This document shows positions 40,957-50,841 of a DNA stretch of 64,000 bases, piece after piece (the first letter of the stretch is position 1; the number at the start of each line of letters is the position of its first letter). Below the pieces are notes generated by a model, which was given only the letters and a program-made list of their open reading frames with translations, was not told the DNA's origin and made no database searches. The translations under genes were made by a program, and so were the position numbers. Source of the stretch: Longimicrobiales bacterium (lineage in GTDB: Bacteria > Gemmatimonadota > Gemmatimonadetes > Longimicrobiales > Gaopeijiaceae). The stretch is taken from NCBI GenBank assembly GCA_965226925.1, contig CBDDEN010000007.1, positions 199,998 to 263,997 on the forward strand, read 5' to 3'.

Positions 40957-42367
40957 TCAGTACGGCGTGAGCCGGGGCACACCCAGCTCGTCGAAGTACG
41001 CCCCTGGCAAGGCCGTGTGCAGGGCGTGGTGCGCGGCCACGTGCCACCAGCTTCGCGCGAACCGAGCAGCTCGCCAGGCGAGGTTCTCGCTCACACCGCG
41101 AGCCCTCAACTCCCGGTACGCTGTCCTTCCCCGTTTCCACTGGCGTAATTGCAACGTACGCAGCCGGCGGTGGATCCATTGGTCCAGGTCTCGGAAAACC
41201 CCCGGTGTATCCGCTAAGCCGAAGTCCTTGAACTTCGTCAGGGCCTTGCCTTCCATCCGCTAAGCCGAAGTATGCCTTCCACCCCAGCACGTAGCGCCGT
41301 AGCTCTTCCGCCACCTGTTGCAGGCTCCGCCCGCCACTCCGGCTTGTAATCTGCCGGACTCGCTCCTTGAACTTCGTCAGGGCCTTCTTGCTGACCCGGC
41401 GCTTCACGACCTTCCCTGCCGCTACCCAGAAGCTGTAGCCCAGGAACTGTCGATCCCACACTCGCGCCACCGCGCTCTTTTCCTCGTTGACCTGAAGCCG
41501 AAGTTTCCCGTACAAGTGCCTCAGCGCCTGCATCACACGTTGTCCTGCCCGCCTCGACCGCACGTATACATTGCAGTCATCGGCGTACCGGACAAACGCG
41601 TGTCCGCGTAGCTCCAACTCCTTGTCCACTTCGTCCAGGAGCACGTTCGCCAGCAACGGCGACAACGGTCCGCCCTGAGGCGTCCCCATGTGCCGCTCCA
41701 TCACCACCCCGTTCGCCATGACTCCGGCTTCCAGGTAGCGACGGAGGATCCGCAGCATCGCCTTATCCTCGATCCGCTTTGCCAGCCGCCCCATCAGCAC
41801 GTCGTGGTTCACCCGGTCGAAAAACTTCTCCAGGTCCACATCCACCACCCATCGTCTCCCTTCCTGGATGTATTGCTGCGCTTCGCGCACCGCATCGTGT
41901 GCTCGGCGCCCAGGCCGGAAGCCGTGGCTGTGCCGACTGAACGTCGGGTCGAACCTCGGTTGCAGCACCTGCAGGATGGCTTGTTGGATGAACCGGTCCA
42001 GCACGGTCGGAATCCCCAACTCCCGGACCCCTCCCCCACTCTTCGGTATCTCCTGCCTTCGTACCGGCTTCGGTTGGTAGGTCCCCGCCAGCAACCGCTG
42101 TCGGATCTCCCCCCAGTGCCTGCGCAAGTACTCTGGCAGCTCCTCCACGCTCATCCCGTCGATGCCCGGACTGCCCTTATTCTGCCGCACGCGTTTCAAC
42201 GCTCCTACGAGGTTGGCACGCCCGACCACCTCCTCCATCAGGAGATGCTCGCTTCCTGAGCGCTCGTCTCCATGGGCCACCGTTCCGGCTTCGCCACTCC
42301 CCTCTACCTTCGGGGCTTCACCCCTATCCTCCAGCGGGAGCTCCAGTTGCCTGGACTCCTGGCGCAT
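40957..42367 (-). pseudogene. Group II intron reverse transcriptase/maturase (no endonuclease domain), frameshifted by a 46-nt insertion
   Basis: RT motifs GIDGMS, RRQEIPKSGGGVRELGIPTVLDRFIQQA, HGFRPGRRAHDA, VDVDLEKFFD, GTPQGGPLSPLLANV and RYADDCNVYV. The maturase X domain continues in ORF 40957..41256 (..YFGLADTPGVFRDLDQWIHRRLR..). The phases differ by 1, which equals 46 mod 3. Confidence 0.8.
41209..41271. repeat. Direct repeat bounding a 46-nt insertion in the intron ORF
   Basis: ATCCGCTAAGCCGAAGT occurs at 41209-41225 and at 41255-41271. The 29 nt between the copies contain CCTTGAACTTCGTCAGGGCCTT, which is a copy of sequence found about 140 nt away (around 41364-41386). Confidence 0.75.
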
Positions 42368-42818
42368 GGCCTTCTCGAGATCCACGGTCGTCACACTCTC
42401 CTCTCCGTTCGGCCCTTCGTCCGACAAAGCTGGGTCCAAGCGCATCATGCACTTCGTCGGCCTACTATGGCCTCTGCTGACTTCTCGCTCCGCCGGCAGG
42501 CCCAACAGCGCAATGCCGGCGTCGCCCTTTCAGGCGTCAGGCGAGACCTCCCCGGGTAAGAACGATGACCTTCCCCGCACAATCGCCGGATCTACGCCGC
42601 TTCCCCTTGGTCGCAGGAGCTTCGCGGTCAGTGGTCCGCTCGCCCCGGTCCGCAGCGCCTCGTATCCGGTTCCTGTTCGTCGACTCACGGGTTCGTTGCA
42701 CGCTTCGTTCAGCGTACGCCTCACGACGAACGCCTTGCGCTTCCCTTCGGTCCCTGCGACCAGGTTCCGGGAGGACTTTCACCTCCAAGTCATCGCCCAT
42801 GCCGGGCCCACCACCAAC

Positions 42819-42851
42819 AAAAGGGGCGTCCCGGGTCTCCCGGGGCGCCCC
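42819..42851 (-). terminator. Rho-independent-type terminator hairpin + T4 immediately 5' of the intron insertion site
   Basis: On the minus strand: GGGGCG-C-CCCGGG-AGA-CCCGGG-A-CGCCCC, then TTTT, then GTTGGTG, then the intron 5' end. This is the known target context of IIC introns. Confidence 0.65.
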
Positions 42852-42876
42852 TCGGTGCTTCGTAGCTCAGCGCTCC

Positions 42877-43987
42877 TAGTGGACTGTAACATATAAATGA
42901 TTAGTGGTAGATTGAATGGTATGAAAACTGATCCGATCAGATTGACCGAGCGGGAACGTGCCGAGCTCGGGCGGCGTGCGAAGAGTCGGGCAGGGCGTGC
43001 CGATGATGCTCGGATCGCTCGGGTGCTGCTCTTGCTGGCTGACGGGGTGACGTACCGAGAGATCGCGAGTCGGGTCGATTGCTCGGAGCCGTTCATCAGC
43101 AAGTGGAAGAAGCGGTTCCTGGCCGAGCGGCTGGCCGGACTCTACGTCCGGCACGAGGGACGGCCCGTGACGGTGCTGACACCCAAGGTGGAGGCGCGGA
43201 TCCTGAACTGGACGCGCACGAAGCCGACCGACGGGTCGACGCATTGGAGCACGCGGCGCCTGGCCAAGAAGCTCGGCGTCCACCACATGATGGTGGCTCG
43301 GACCTGGAAGAAGCACGGGGTTCAGCCTCATCGGATGGAGCGCTACATGGCGTCCAACGACCCCGAGTTCGAGGAGAAGGCCGCCGATGTGATCGGGCTC
43401 TATCTCAATCCCCCGCAACATGCCGTCGTGCTTTGCGTGGACGAGAAGACGGCTATTCAAGCGCTGGACCGCAAAGATCCGGTTCTGCCCCTGTCGCCCG
43501 GCAGGGCCGAGCGGCACGGGTTCGAGTACGTCCGCCACGGCACCCTCTCGCTCTACGCCGCGCTCGACACTCAGACCGGCGAGGTTGTGGGCAAGACCAC
43601 GGCCCGCCATACGAGCCAGGAGTTCGTGGCTTTCCTGACCGATATCGTGGTCAGGCAGCCCGAGGATCGGGAAATCCACATCATCCTCGACAACCTCTCG
43701 GCTCACAAGACGCAGCGCGTTCAAGCCTTCCTCGACGCTCACCCCAACGTCACGTTGCACTTTACCCCTACCTACTCCTCTTGGCTCAACCAAGTCGAGC
43801 TGTGGTTCTCCAAGATCGAGCGCGATCTCATCCACCGCGGCGTCTTCACCTCCGTGAACGACCTCGCCCGACGCATCATGACCTACATCCGTCGCTACAA
43901 CGACGATCCAAGAACCGTGAAGTGGCAGTATGATGACCCCTCGCGACGCATCCACGTCGCTTAACGTTCACGTGTTACAGTCCACTA
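42877..43987 (+). mobile_element. IS630-family insertion sequence (1107 bp core) with TA duplication in a CTAG target
   Basis: A perfect 17-bp inverted repeat CCTAGTGGACTGTAACA (42875-42891) pairs with TGTTACAGTCCACTAGG (43973-43989). TA flanks both ends. The reconstructed empty site is CCTAGG. Confidence 0.9.
42897..43964 (+). CDS. IS630-family (Tc1/mariner-like DDE) transposase
   Basis: 355 aa. It has an N-terminal HTH (VTYREIASRV..SEPFISKWKKRF), then DEKTAIQAL, LDNLSAHK and YSSWLNQVELWFS. Confidence 0.9.
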   Translation: MISGRLNGMKTDPIRLTERERAELGRRAKSRAGRADDARIARVLLLLADGVTYREIASRVDCSEPFISKWKKRFLAERLAGLYVRHEGRPVTVLTPKVEARILNWTRTKPTDGSTHWSTRRLAKKLGVHHMMVARTWKKHGVQPHRMERYMASNDPEFEEKAADVIGLYLNPPQHAVVLCVDEKTAIQALDRKDPVLPLSPGRAERHGFEYVRHGTLSLYAALDTQTGEVVGKTTARHTSQEFVAFLTDIVVRQPEDREIHIILDNLSAHKTQRVQAFLDAHPNVTLHFTPTYSSWLNQVELWFSKIERDLIHRGVFTSVNDLARRIMTYIRRYNDDPRTVKWQYDDPSRRIHVA

Positions 43988-44888
43988 GGCGGCGAAGACC
44001 GGAGCTGGGTGGCCGGGAACTGTGGCCGAGTGATCCACGGCGCCGCGGTGCTGAATCTGCAGGGATCCACGAGGGACGGTGAACCTCGTGCGACCAACGT
44101 GGAGGGCACGCGCAAACGTGCTCGCGCTGTGCCGCGAGGCCCGCATCCGCGAACTCCACCACGTCTCGACGGCATACGTCTGCGGGAGCCGTCAGGGCCG
44201 GATTTTCGAGTCCGAGCTGGACGAAGGTCAGGACTGCCGAAACGAATACGAGGCGAGCAAGCTCGAGGCGGAGCGGTTGGTCCGGGGGCCCGACGGCCTC
44301 GAGAGCGTTACGGTCTATCGCCCCGCGGTCATTTCGGGTGATTCGAAGACAGGGTACACCAGCACCTACCACGGCCTCTATCTCTACCTGCGACTGATGG
44401 CCATGGCCGTCCCGATGCAACCCGCGGGCGAGGACGGTATACGCGGGACGCCGATCAGGCTCCCAATGTCCGGCGACGAGCCTCGCAACGTCGTGCCGGT
44501 GGACTGGGTGGCGGACGTCATCACGCACCTGCTGGCTACGCCCGAGGCGCACGGCGGGACTTATCATCTGGCTCCCGATCGCCCGTTGACGCCTCGCGAC
44601 ATCATCGACGCGTGCTGCAGGTACTTCAACTCGACCGGCGTCGAGTACGTCGGTCCGGGCTACCGGCACGACCCGTCGGACATGTCCGACTTCGAGCGTC
44701 TGCTGCTCGAGAACATCACCATTTATGACGACTATTCTTCCACGGATCCCCTATTCGACACGTCGAATCTCAAGCGGTTCGCGGGTCATCTGCCCTGCCC
44801 GGCCATCGACGCGGCCATGCTGCAGCGATATCTGGAGTTCGCGGAAGAAGATCGGTGGGGACGAAGGCGCGCACACACGCAGCAGTGA
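43988..44888 (+). pseudogene. Thioester-reductase/NAD_binding_4-type SDR, lacking its N-terminal Rossmann motif and frameshifted
   Basis: The sequence ..GRVIHGAAVLNL....NVEGTR shifts frame to NVLALCREARIRELHHVSTAYVCG..YEASKLEAERLV..VTVYRPAVISGDS... An extra A in the AAA run at 44114-44116 accounts for the shift. No GxxGxxG segment is found upstream, where IS630 and the intron lie. Confidence 0.65.
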
Positions 44889-45005
44889 AGAAACCGTTTG
44901 TCTACGCCAGAGTCGTCGGTCTATATTCGTGCTCATGCCCCGTCCCACGTCCCAACCCTACACGCACCGGCGAACCTCTACGCCGATAGACCCCCCGGAG
45001 ACAAG

Positions 45006-46569
45006 ATGAAGAAGCGGTTGATGCTGGTCATGCGGGTGTCCATGGTGTGCCTCCTCGTAGGCGGAGTCGCCTACTGTGGTGGCGGGGATGACGGCCCTAC
45101 CGTCGTCCAGCCTCCCCCACCCCCTCCTCCTCCGCCGCCGCCGCCACCGCCTCCCCCCCCCCCGCCGCCGCCGCCGGATGTCGCGACGCCAGCGGGTGGC
45201 ACGGTGACACTGAATGAGGGTGCTGTCACCGTGAGCGTGCCTGCCGGCGCAGTGACCGCCAACATCACGCTGACCGCGGCCGCGGCCACGACGGCTCCTG
45301 CCAGCGCGCTTGCCGTAACGGGTGGGGCGTTCGATCTGGGTCCGGAAGGGACCACCTTCGCGGTACCGGTAACGATCAACCTCGGCTATGCGGACGCCGA
45401 CCTTCCAGCCGGGGTCGACGAGAGTGAGGTCCGGATGTTCAAGGCGGTGGACGACGCTTGGGAGCTTCTGGAAGCCACATCGGTCAACACGACGACCAAC
45501 AAAGTCTCCGGGGAGACCTCGAGCTTCTCCATCTATGGTATGCTCGGCCTCGAAGTGGACGGCATCACCGTAACGCCGGGCACGGCGGACGTATCGCTCG
45601 GGTCGACCGTTCAGCTCACAGGCGTGGCGCTGAGTGGAACCACCGAGCTACCGAACCGACCGGTCACCTGGGAGTCGGATGATCCGACCGTAGCCACGGT
45701 CGACGCCATGGGCCTGGTCACGGGCGTCATGGCCGGCACGGCCATGATCACCGCGACGCATACGTTCGGCGTGAGCACCTTTAGCGTCACCGCCATGGTC
45801 ACTGTGACCATACCGGTCACCACCGTCACCGTAACGCCGGCGACGTCGGACATTCTGGTTGACGCGACCGTACAGCTCACGGGCATGACGCTCGGTCCCG
45901 CGAACGAGGATCTGGGGAGGACCATCATGTGGTCTTCGTCCGACGAGGCGGTGGCCACCGTCGATGCGAACGTCCTGGTGACCGGTGTGGGTGTGGGTAC
46001 GGCGACGATCACCGGGACGAGTGACGGAGTCATGGGGATGGCTACCGTCAATGTGACCGATCCGGTCGTGACGGTGACAGTCGTAGCGGAGGGAGCCGCT
46101 CCCGAGGACGATTCGCCCGTCCTTGCGGTAGCCGAGACCGTTCAACTCGAGGCGACGGCCACGAGGGCGTCGGGCGCGGACGCCAGCGGCGAGCCCACGA
46201 CCTGGATGTCCAGCGACGAGGCGGTTGCCACGGTGGACGCCAACGGCCTGGTGACGGCTGTAGGAGCGGGCAGCGCCACCATAACCGCTACCGTCGGAGG
46301 CGTGGAGGGTTCGGAGACGGTGACGGTGAACATCGACGTTACCACCCTGGTCGGCACGTATACCGGCTCATGGGTCGACAACACCTTCACCACCACCGGG
46401 ACGGCTTCGCTCACCGTCACGTTCGATTCGGGGACGAACGTGTTCACGGTAATGTCCGACCTGAATGGTATGGTCTACGGCCAGCAGGACTTCCCCGAGG
46501 AGACGTGGACGGCAGACTATGTGCCCGCATCGACCGTATTCACCGAGAACTCGGCCACCTTCGGTGAGG
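45006..46569 (+). pseudogene. Lipoprotein with a 22-proline linker and multiple Big_2 (bacterial Ig-like) domains; 3' end replaced by the IS3 end
   Basis: The sequence begins MKKRLMLVMRVSMVCLLVGGVAYCGGG, followed by P22. Repeats follow of the form VTPGTADVSLGSTVQLTG..V.W.S.D..VATVDA.GLVTGV..GTA.ITAT. The last 24 codons of the ORF lie inside the IS3 inverted repeat. Confidence 0.7.
45111..45176 (+). repeat. Poly-proline coding tract (22 x CCN)
   Basis: The stretch cctcccccaccccctcctcctccgccg...ccgccg translates to P22. Confidence 0.9.
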
Positions 46570-46593
46570 TGCCCCCAGTTGCGGTACCACTTC

Positions 46594-47490
46594 CTATGTT
46601 AGACCCCGAGCCATCGGTGGTCCCTGGAGTTGGGGCATCCTGAGGAACCAGGGCGATGGTTTTATCGTCTCTGGGGCGGGGGGTAGTCCGCCGTGGGCAC
46701 GATGGGGTCGGACGGTATTGTACAGCCGCCTCCACTGCTCGACGAGTACCGTCGCCTCGGGCAGTGTGTAGAAGATCTCTCCGTTCAAGAACTCGTCTCT
46801 CAGTTTGCCGTTGAAGCTCTCGTTGTAGCCGTTCTCCCACGGACTGCCCGGCGCGATGTAGAGGGTCTGGACCCGCAGCCTGGCCAGCCATCTCCGCACC
46901 AGTTTCGCCGTGAACTCTGGCCCGTTGTCCGAGCGCAGATGCTCGGGCGGACCGTGCCGAGCGAAGAGATCGGTGAGCACCTCGAGAACGTCGTGAGCTC
47001 GAGTCTTTCGACCGACCTTGATCGCCAGACACTGCCGCGTGTACTCGTCGAGCACGGTCAGAAGCTTCAGCGCACGGCCGTCATGGGTCCTCGTGCTTAC
47101 GAAGTCGTAGGACCACACGTGATTCTTGTGCAGTGGCCTGAGCCGGATGCACGAGCCATCGTTGAGCCACAACCGACCCCGTTTCGGTTGCCGTCTGGGC
47201 ACTTTCAGCCCCTCCTGCCTCCAGATACGCTCCACACGCTTGTGGTTCACCTCCCAGCCCTCGATACGCAGCAGGTTCGTGATCTGGCGATACCCGTACC
47301 TGCCGAACCGGCTCGCCAACCGTATCACGTCCGTGCGTAGCGCCTCCTCGTCGCCAGGTAGCTTCTTCACCCGGCGCTGCGTCGAGCGCGGCTGACCCAG
47401 TACGTGACACGCGTGACGTTCACTCGCCCCGAGTCGCTGACGTACATGCATCACGCACCTGCGTCGGCGCTCGGGGCTCAGAAGTTTCCC
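46594..47490 (-). CDS. IS3-family transposase OrfB (DDE integrase core), expressed as an OrfAB fusion by -1 frameshifting
   Basis: The sequence contains ..[25 protein letters not shown].. , [51 protein letters not shown] and YNTVRPH. Confidence 0.85.
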   Translation of the reverse strand, partial: GKLLSPERRRRCVMHVRQRLGASERHACHVLGQPRSTQRRVKKLPGDEEALRTDVIRLASRFGRYGYRQITNLLRIEGWEVNHKRVERIWRQEGLKVPRRQPKRGRLWLNDGSCIRLRPLHKNHVWSYDFVSTRTHDGRALKLLTVLDEYTRQCLAIKVGRKTRAHDVLEVLTDLFARHGPPEHLRSDNGPEFTAKLVRRWLARLRVQTLYIAPGSPWENGYNESFNGKLRDEFLNGEIFYTLPEATVLVEQWRRLYNTVRPHRAHGGLPPAPETIKPSPWFLRMPQLQGPPMARGLT

Positions 47491-47756
47491 TTGGTCGCTT
47501 CCTCCAGGATCAGCTTGTCCACCGTCAGGTTCGCCACCGCTCGCTTTAGCCGTGCGTTCTCCTTCTCCAGCTCCTTGAAGCGTCGAGCTTGATCCACCTT
47601 CATCCCCCCGAACTCCTGCCTCCACCGGTAGTACGTCTGCTCGCTGATCCCCAACTCCCGGCTCACCATCGCCACCGTTTTGCCGTTCGCCAGACCCACC
47701 TCCGCCTCTCTCAATGCCGTGATGATCTGCTCCGGCGTGTGTCGTCTCCTACTCAT
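47478..47756 (-). CDS. IS3-family transposase OrfA (HTH)
   Basis: The sequence is [64 protein letters not shown], an HTH followed by a leucine zipper. Confidence 0.85.
   Translation of the reverse strand: MSRRRHTPEQIITALREAEVGLANGKTVAMVSRELGISEQTYYRWRQEFGGMKVDQARRFKELEKENARLKRAVANLTVDKLILEEATKGNF
47484..47490 (-). promoter_or_regulatory. Programmed -1 ribosomal frameshift slippery heptamer G_GGA_AAC
   Basis: The orfA zero frame reads ..ACC AAG GGA AAC TTC TGA. A slip to GGG AAA C gives ..[12 protein letters not shown].., the OrfB reading frame. Confidence 0.6.
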
Positions 47757-47836
47757 TCTGACCTCCTCCCTGATAGCTGCGACCAAAGCCGCATCCTAAC
47801 ATCAACTTCGGTCTCGTTTCAGGGGGTCACGTCAGC

Positions 47837-50098
47837 ATGGCCTTGGTCTTTCTCGCCGAGGACCTGAAGCATCATCGGAAGGTCGCCATCAAGGTCCTCC
47901 GCCCCGAGCTGTCCGCCGCAATGGGTCCGGAGCGCTTTCTGCGTGAGATCGAGATCGCGGCCAAGTTGAACCACCCCAACATCCTCGGGCTTCACGACTC
48001 CGGCGAGGTGGACGGTCTGCTCGACTTCGTGATGCCTCTCGTGGAGGGGGAGTCTCTTCGTGATCGAATCGACCGCGAGGGGAAGTTGTCCCTCGAGGAT
48101 GCGGTACGGATCACTCGCGAGGTTGGAGACGCCCTCGGTTACGCACACGAGCAGGGGCTCACACATCGGGACATCAAGCCCGAGAACATCCTCTTCCAGG
48201 CGGGTCACGCGTTGGTCTGTGACTTTGGGATCGCGAAGGCGGCGAGTGATGCACACGGGCGACTGACCCAGACCGGGTTCGCGGTCGGCACCCTCACCTA
48301 CATGAGCCCGGAGCAGGCGGGGGGAGAGGAGCGGGTCGACTCTCGGACCGACCTCTACGCCCTCGGCTGCATTCTCCACGAGATGCTCTCGGGTCAACCT
48401 CCCTTCGTCGCCCCCACGTCACAGGCCATGCTCGCCAAGAAGCTCATGGGCTCGGTGAGGGATCTTTCCACCATCCGGCCGGATGTGCCGCCGACCGTCG
48501 GAGAAGTCGTCTCGCGTGCTCTGGCGGTGGCCCGGGAGGACCGCTTCGACACTGCGGCAGATTTCTCCAACGCCTTGGTGCACGCGACCACCGAGGTAGC
48601 CATAGCGGAGGAGCGGCGGCGGCGGCGCCATGCCCGTCTGTGGAGAACCGCCGCACTGCTCGCCGGAGTCGCGGCCGTCAGTCTCGGGGGCTGGTGGTTG
48701 AATGAGATTGTGGGGGGGCCGCCGATCGCGCGAATTGCTCTACTTCCGCTCACGGGCCCTCAGCGAGACTCAACACCGGACTTCTTCCTGCAGGGCGTGC
48801 ACGAGGATCTGGTGAAAGAGTTCACCTACGCGGGAATCCGCGCCATCAATACCAACTCCGTGAAGGGCTTTGCCGGGACGGACATGCGTATCCGCGATAT
48901 CGCCGCCGAGTTGAATGTGGACGCAGTCATCCTGGGCTCGGCGTCGTTGAAGGGAGACCGCGTCGAGCTCGAGTTGTCGCTGGTTGACGGCGTCAGTGAG
49001 GAGTCCCGCTGGATCCGATCCTTCGAGGCGGACGTCAGCGAAATAGAGGCTCTCTATCGAAATGTGACCCGGGCGATCGCCAACGAGATCGAGACGGAAC
49101 TTAGCCCGGACGCTCTGGCGCGCCTCGCCGAGTCTGCTCCGGTAGACCCACAGGTCTTCGAGGCGCTACTGCAGGCACGGTTCCACTGGCAGAAACTGAC
49201 CGAAGAGGGCATCAACACGGCGCTCGACTACTACGAACTGGCGCTCGCGCGTGACTCTACCTCGGTCGAGGCCTGGCTAGGAGTTGCGGGCGTCTGGGGC
49301 CTCCGAGCACAGCAGGGGCTCGTGTCCGGGGAGGAGGCTTCCCGACGGGGCGAGGCCGCGATCGCACGGGCCGCGCTCTTGGACCCGACCGCGTCGCGGG
49401 ATCCGAGGAGTCGTGCGACGCGGAGAACGTGGCTCGAGTGGAACTGGGTCGGGGGTGAGGAGGCCTTTCTGAGCGCCATCGAGACGGATCCGACCGACTC
49501 CTATGTCAGGGCCTACTACTCGCAGCTGCTGTTCTACCTCCGACGCGTCGATGAGGCAGTCGCACAAATCGAGCTGGCGGTCGAGATGGACCCCTTCAAC
49601 GCGCTGGTCCAGAGCCTCTATGCGCAGGACCTCATCTTTTTGCGGCGATACGAGGACGCCGAGGCGGTGCTCGTCCGGACCCTGGAGAGGGAGCCCGGTG
49701 CGCCCTATCCGCTGTCGACTCTTCGCACGGCCTACCACTTGCTGGAGCGTCATGACCAGGCGATCGAGGCGTGGGGGCGGTCGTACCGCTCTTTAGGGGA
49801 CGTCGAGGCGGCCGACGAGCTCGAGCGCGGTTACCGGGAGGGCGGATATGATGCCGCCCTGGTCTCCGTCGCCGAGCTGTTCGTAGGGCGGCTGGCGACC
49901 AGGGAGGCGCCTCCCTGGCAGATTGCGACGCTGTACACCCGCGCCGGCAGGGCGGAGGAAGCGTTGCAGTACCTCGAGCTGGCCTATGCGGAGCAGGAAC
50001 CCAACATGCCTTCCATCAGCGTGGATCCCATCTTCGACTTCCGGAGAGACGAGCCTCGCTTCCGGGCTTTGGTCGACGGCCTGGGGTTGCCCAGGTAG
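47837..50098 (+). pseudogene. Ser/Thr protein kinase with a TM segment and C-terminal TPR-like region, 5'-truncated by the IS3 element
   Basis: The sequence starts inside the Gly-loop/subdomain I-II (..SMALVFLAEDLKHHRKVAIKVL). It then has HRDIKPENIL, DFGIAK and TLTYMSPEQ. The native N-terminus is absent. A shortened protein might still be made from the ATG at 47837. Confidence 0.7.
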
Positions 50099-50163
50099 GC
50101 CCTATCGGTACCCCCGTGGCGAGTGATCGCACCTATCTCATCGGCCTCTGTACTCGCTGACGA

Positions 50164-50841
50164 TCACTCCGGCTTGCGCGCGACCCAGATGACGTGCCTC
50201 GAGCCCTTCCCGCGGTGTGCCCGCATGGCGACCTCCTCGGTCTCGAACCCGACTCGTCGCAGGCGCTTGGTGAACGCCTTATCCGAGTGGGCCGACCAGA
50301 CCGTTAGCACCCCGTTGGGCCGCAGCGCTTGGTAGGAGGCGCGGAGGCCCGCCCCCGAGTAGAGCCAATCATTGTCGTCCTTGGTCAATCCCTCGGGGCC
50401 GTTGTCCACGTCCAGCATGATGGCGTCGAAGGATCCGGACTCACCCCTCAGCAGGACGCAAACGTCCATCTCCCGAACCGTCACGCGCTCATCGCGAAGA
50501 GGATTTCCGGCGCGCTCCCCGGCGAGACCTCGGTTCCACTCGACCACCGCGGGTACCAACTCGGCGACGACGACTTCGGCGTCGTTGCCGAGTTGTCGGA
50601 GTGCCGAAGCCAGGGTGAACCCCATGCCCAGGCCGCCGATCAGCACCCGCGCCTGGGTGCGGTCCGCGACTTCGGCGCACGCGATCTCGGCCAGCGCGTC
50701 CGCGGATCCGTGGGTGCGGGTACTCATCAAGTCCTGACCGCCCGCGACCTTGATGATGTAGTCCTCGCCGTGCCGGTAGAGGCTGATCTCCCCGCCGTCA
50801 CCCGGGACCTGGGCGGTATCCAGAAGGACCAAGCGCTTCAT
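50164..50841 (-). CDS. Spermidine synthase-like class I methyltransferase-fold protein
   Basis: The sequence contains ..RVLIGGLGMGFTLASAL.. , VVVAELVPAVVEW and FDAIMLDVDNGP. The start overlaps the Smr stop (ATGA). Confidence 0.7.
   Translation of the reverse strand: MKRLVLLDTAQVPGDGGEISLYRHGEDYIIKVAGGQDLMSTRTHGSADALAEIACAEVADRTQARVLIGGLGMGFTLASALRQLGNDAEVVVAELVPAVVEWNRGLAGERAGNPLRDERVTVREMDVCVLLRGESGSFDAIMLDVDNGPEGLTKDDNDWLYSGAGLRASYQALRPNGVLTVWSAHSDKAFTKRLRRVGFETEEVAMRAHRGKGSRHVIWVARKPE

Larger units (their letters stand above)
40866..42811 (-). mobile_element. Group II intron, bacterial class C (IIC), about 1.95 kb, with a degenerate IEP
   Basis: The 5' end is GUGGGCCCGGCAUGGGCG. Internal DI-DIII strings include GGUGAAAGUCC, UCUUACCCGGGGAGGUC and GAAGUCAGCAGAGGCCAUAGUAGGCC. 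Domain V (40912-40941) is CCGCCAGGUGCG-GACC-CGCAUGCCUGGUGG, with a CGC triad and a 2-nt bulge. Domain VI has a bulged A 8 nt before the proposed 3' end ..CCCGAU. From memory, these closely resemble the characterised Oceanobacillus IIC intron. The 3' end is good to about +/-6 nt. Confidence 0.8.
46570..47829 (-). mobile_element. IS3-family insertion sequence, about 1260 bp (ends approximate)
   Basis: orfA and orfB have a -1 overlap. The ends are imperfect inverted repeats starting with TG: TGCCCCCAG..ACC.......ATGTTAG and TGACCCCCTG..ACC.......ATGTTAG (about 20/33 identical). I see no target duplication. Confidence 0.75.

Noticed and set aside
40307-41255. C-terminal roughly 315 aa of the 732-aa ORF 40307..42505, reading through intron domains V/VI and into the cytochrome c gene region.
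   Set aside because: Only the RT part (42367 down to about 41255) is genuine. After the 46-nt insertion the frame is wrong, and the true maturase continues in 40957..41256. The remainder overlaps structured intron RNA and another gene in a different frame.
42877-43987. My initial idea that IS630 was inserted inside the group II intron.
   Set aside because: The intron 5' end (GUGGGCCCGG..) lies at 42811, preceded by the terminator hairpin at 42823-42851. IS630 therefore lies outside the intron, 25 nt beyond the hairpin.
50119-50169. Inverted repeats GAGTGATCG / CGATCACTC and GCGAGT / ACTCGC between convergent genes.
   Set aside because: The stems are short, the spacer is long (about 30 nt) and there is no U-tract. 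It may be a weak terminator but is not supportable as a feature.
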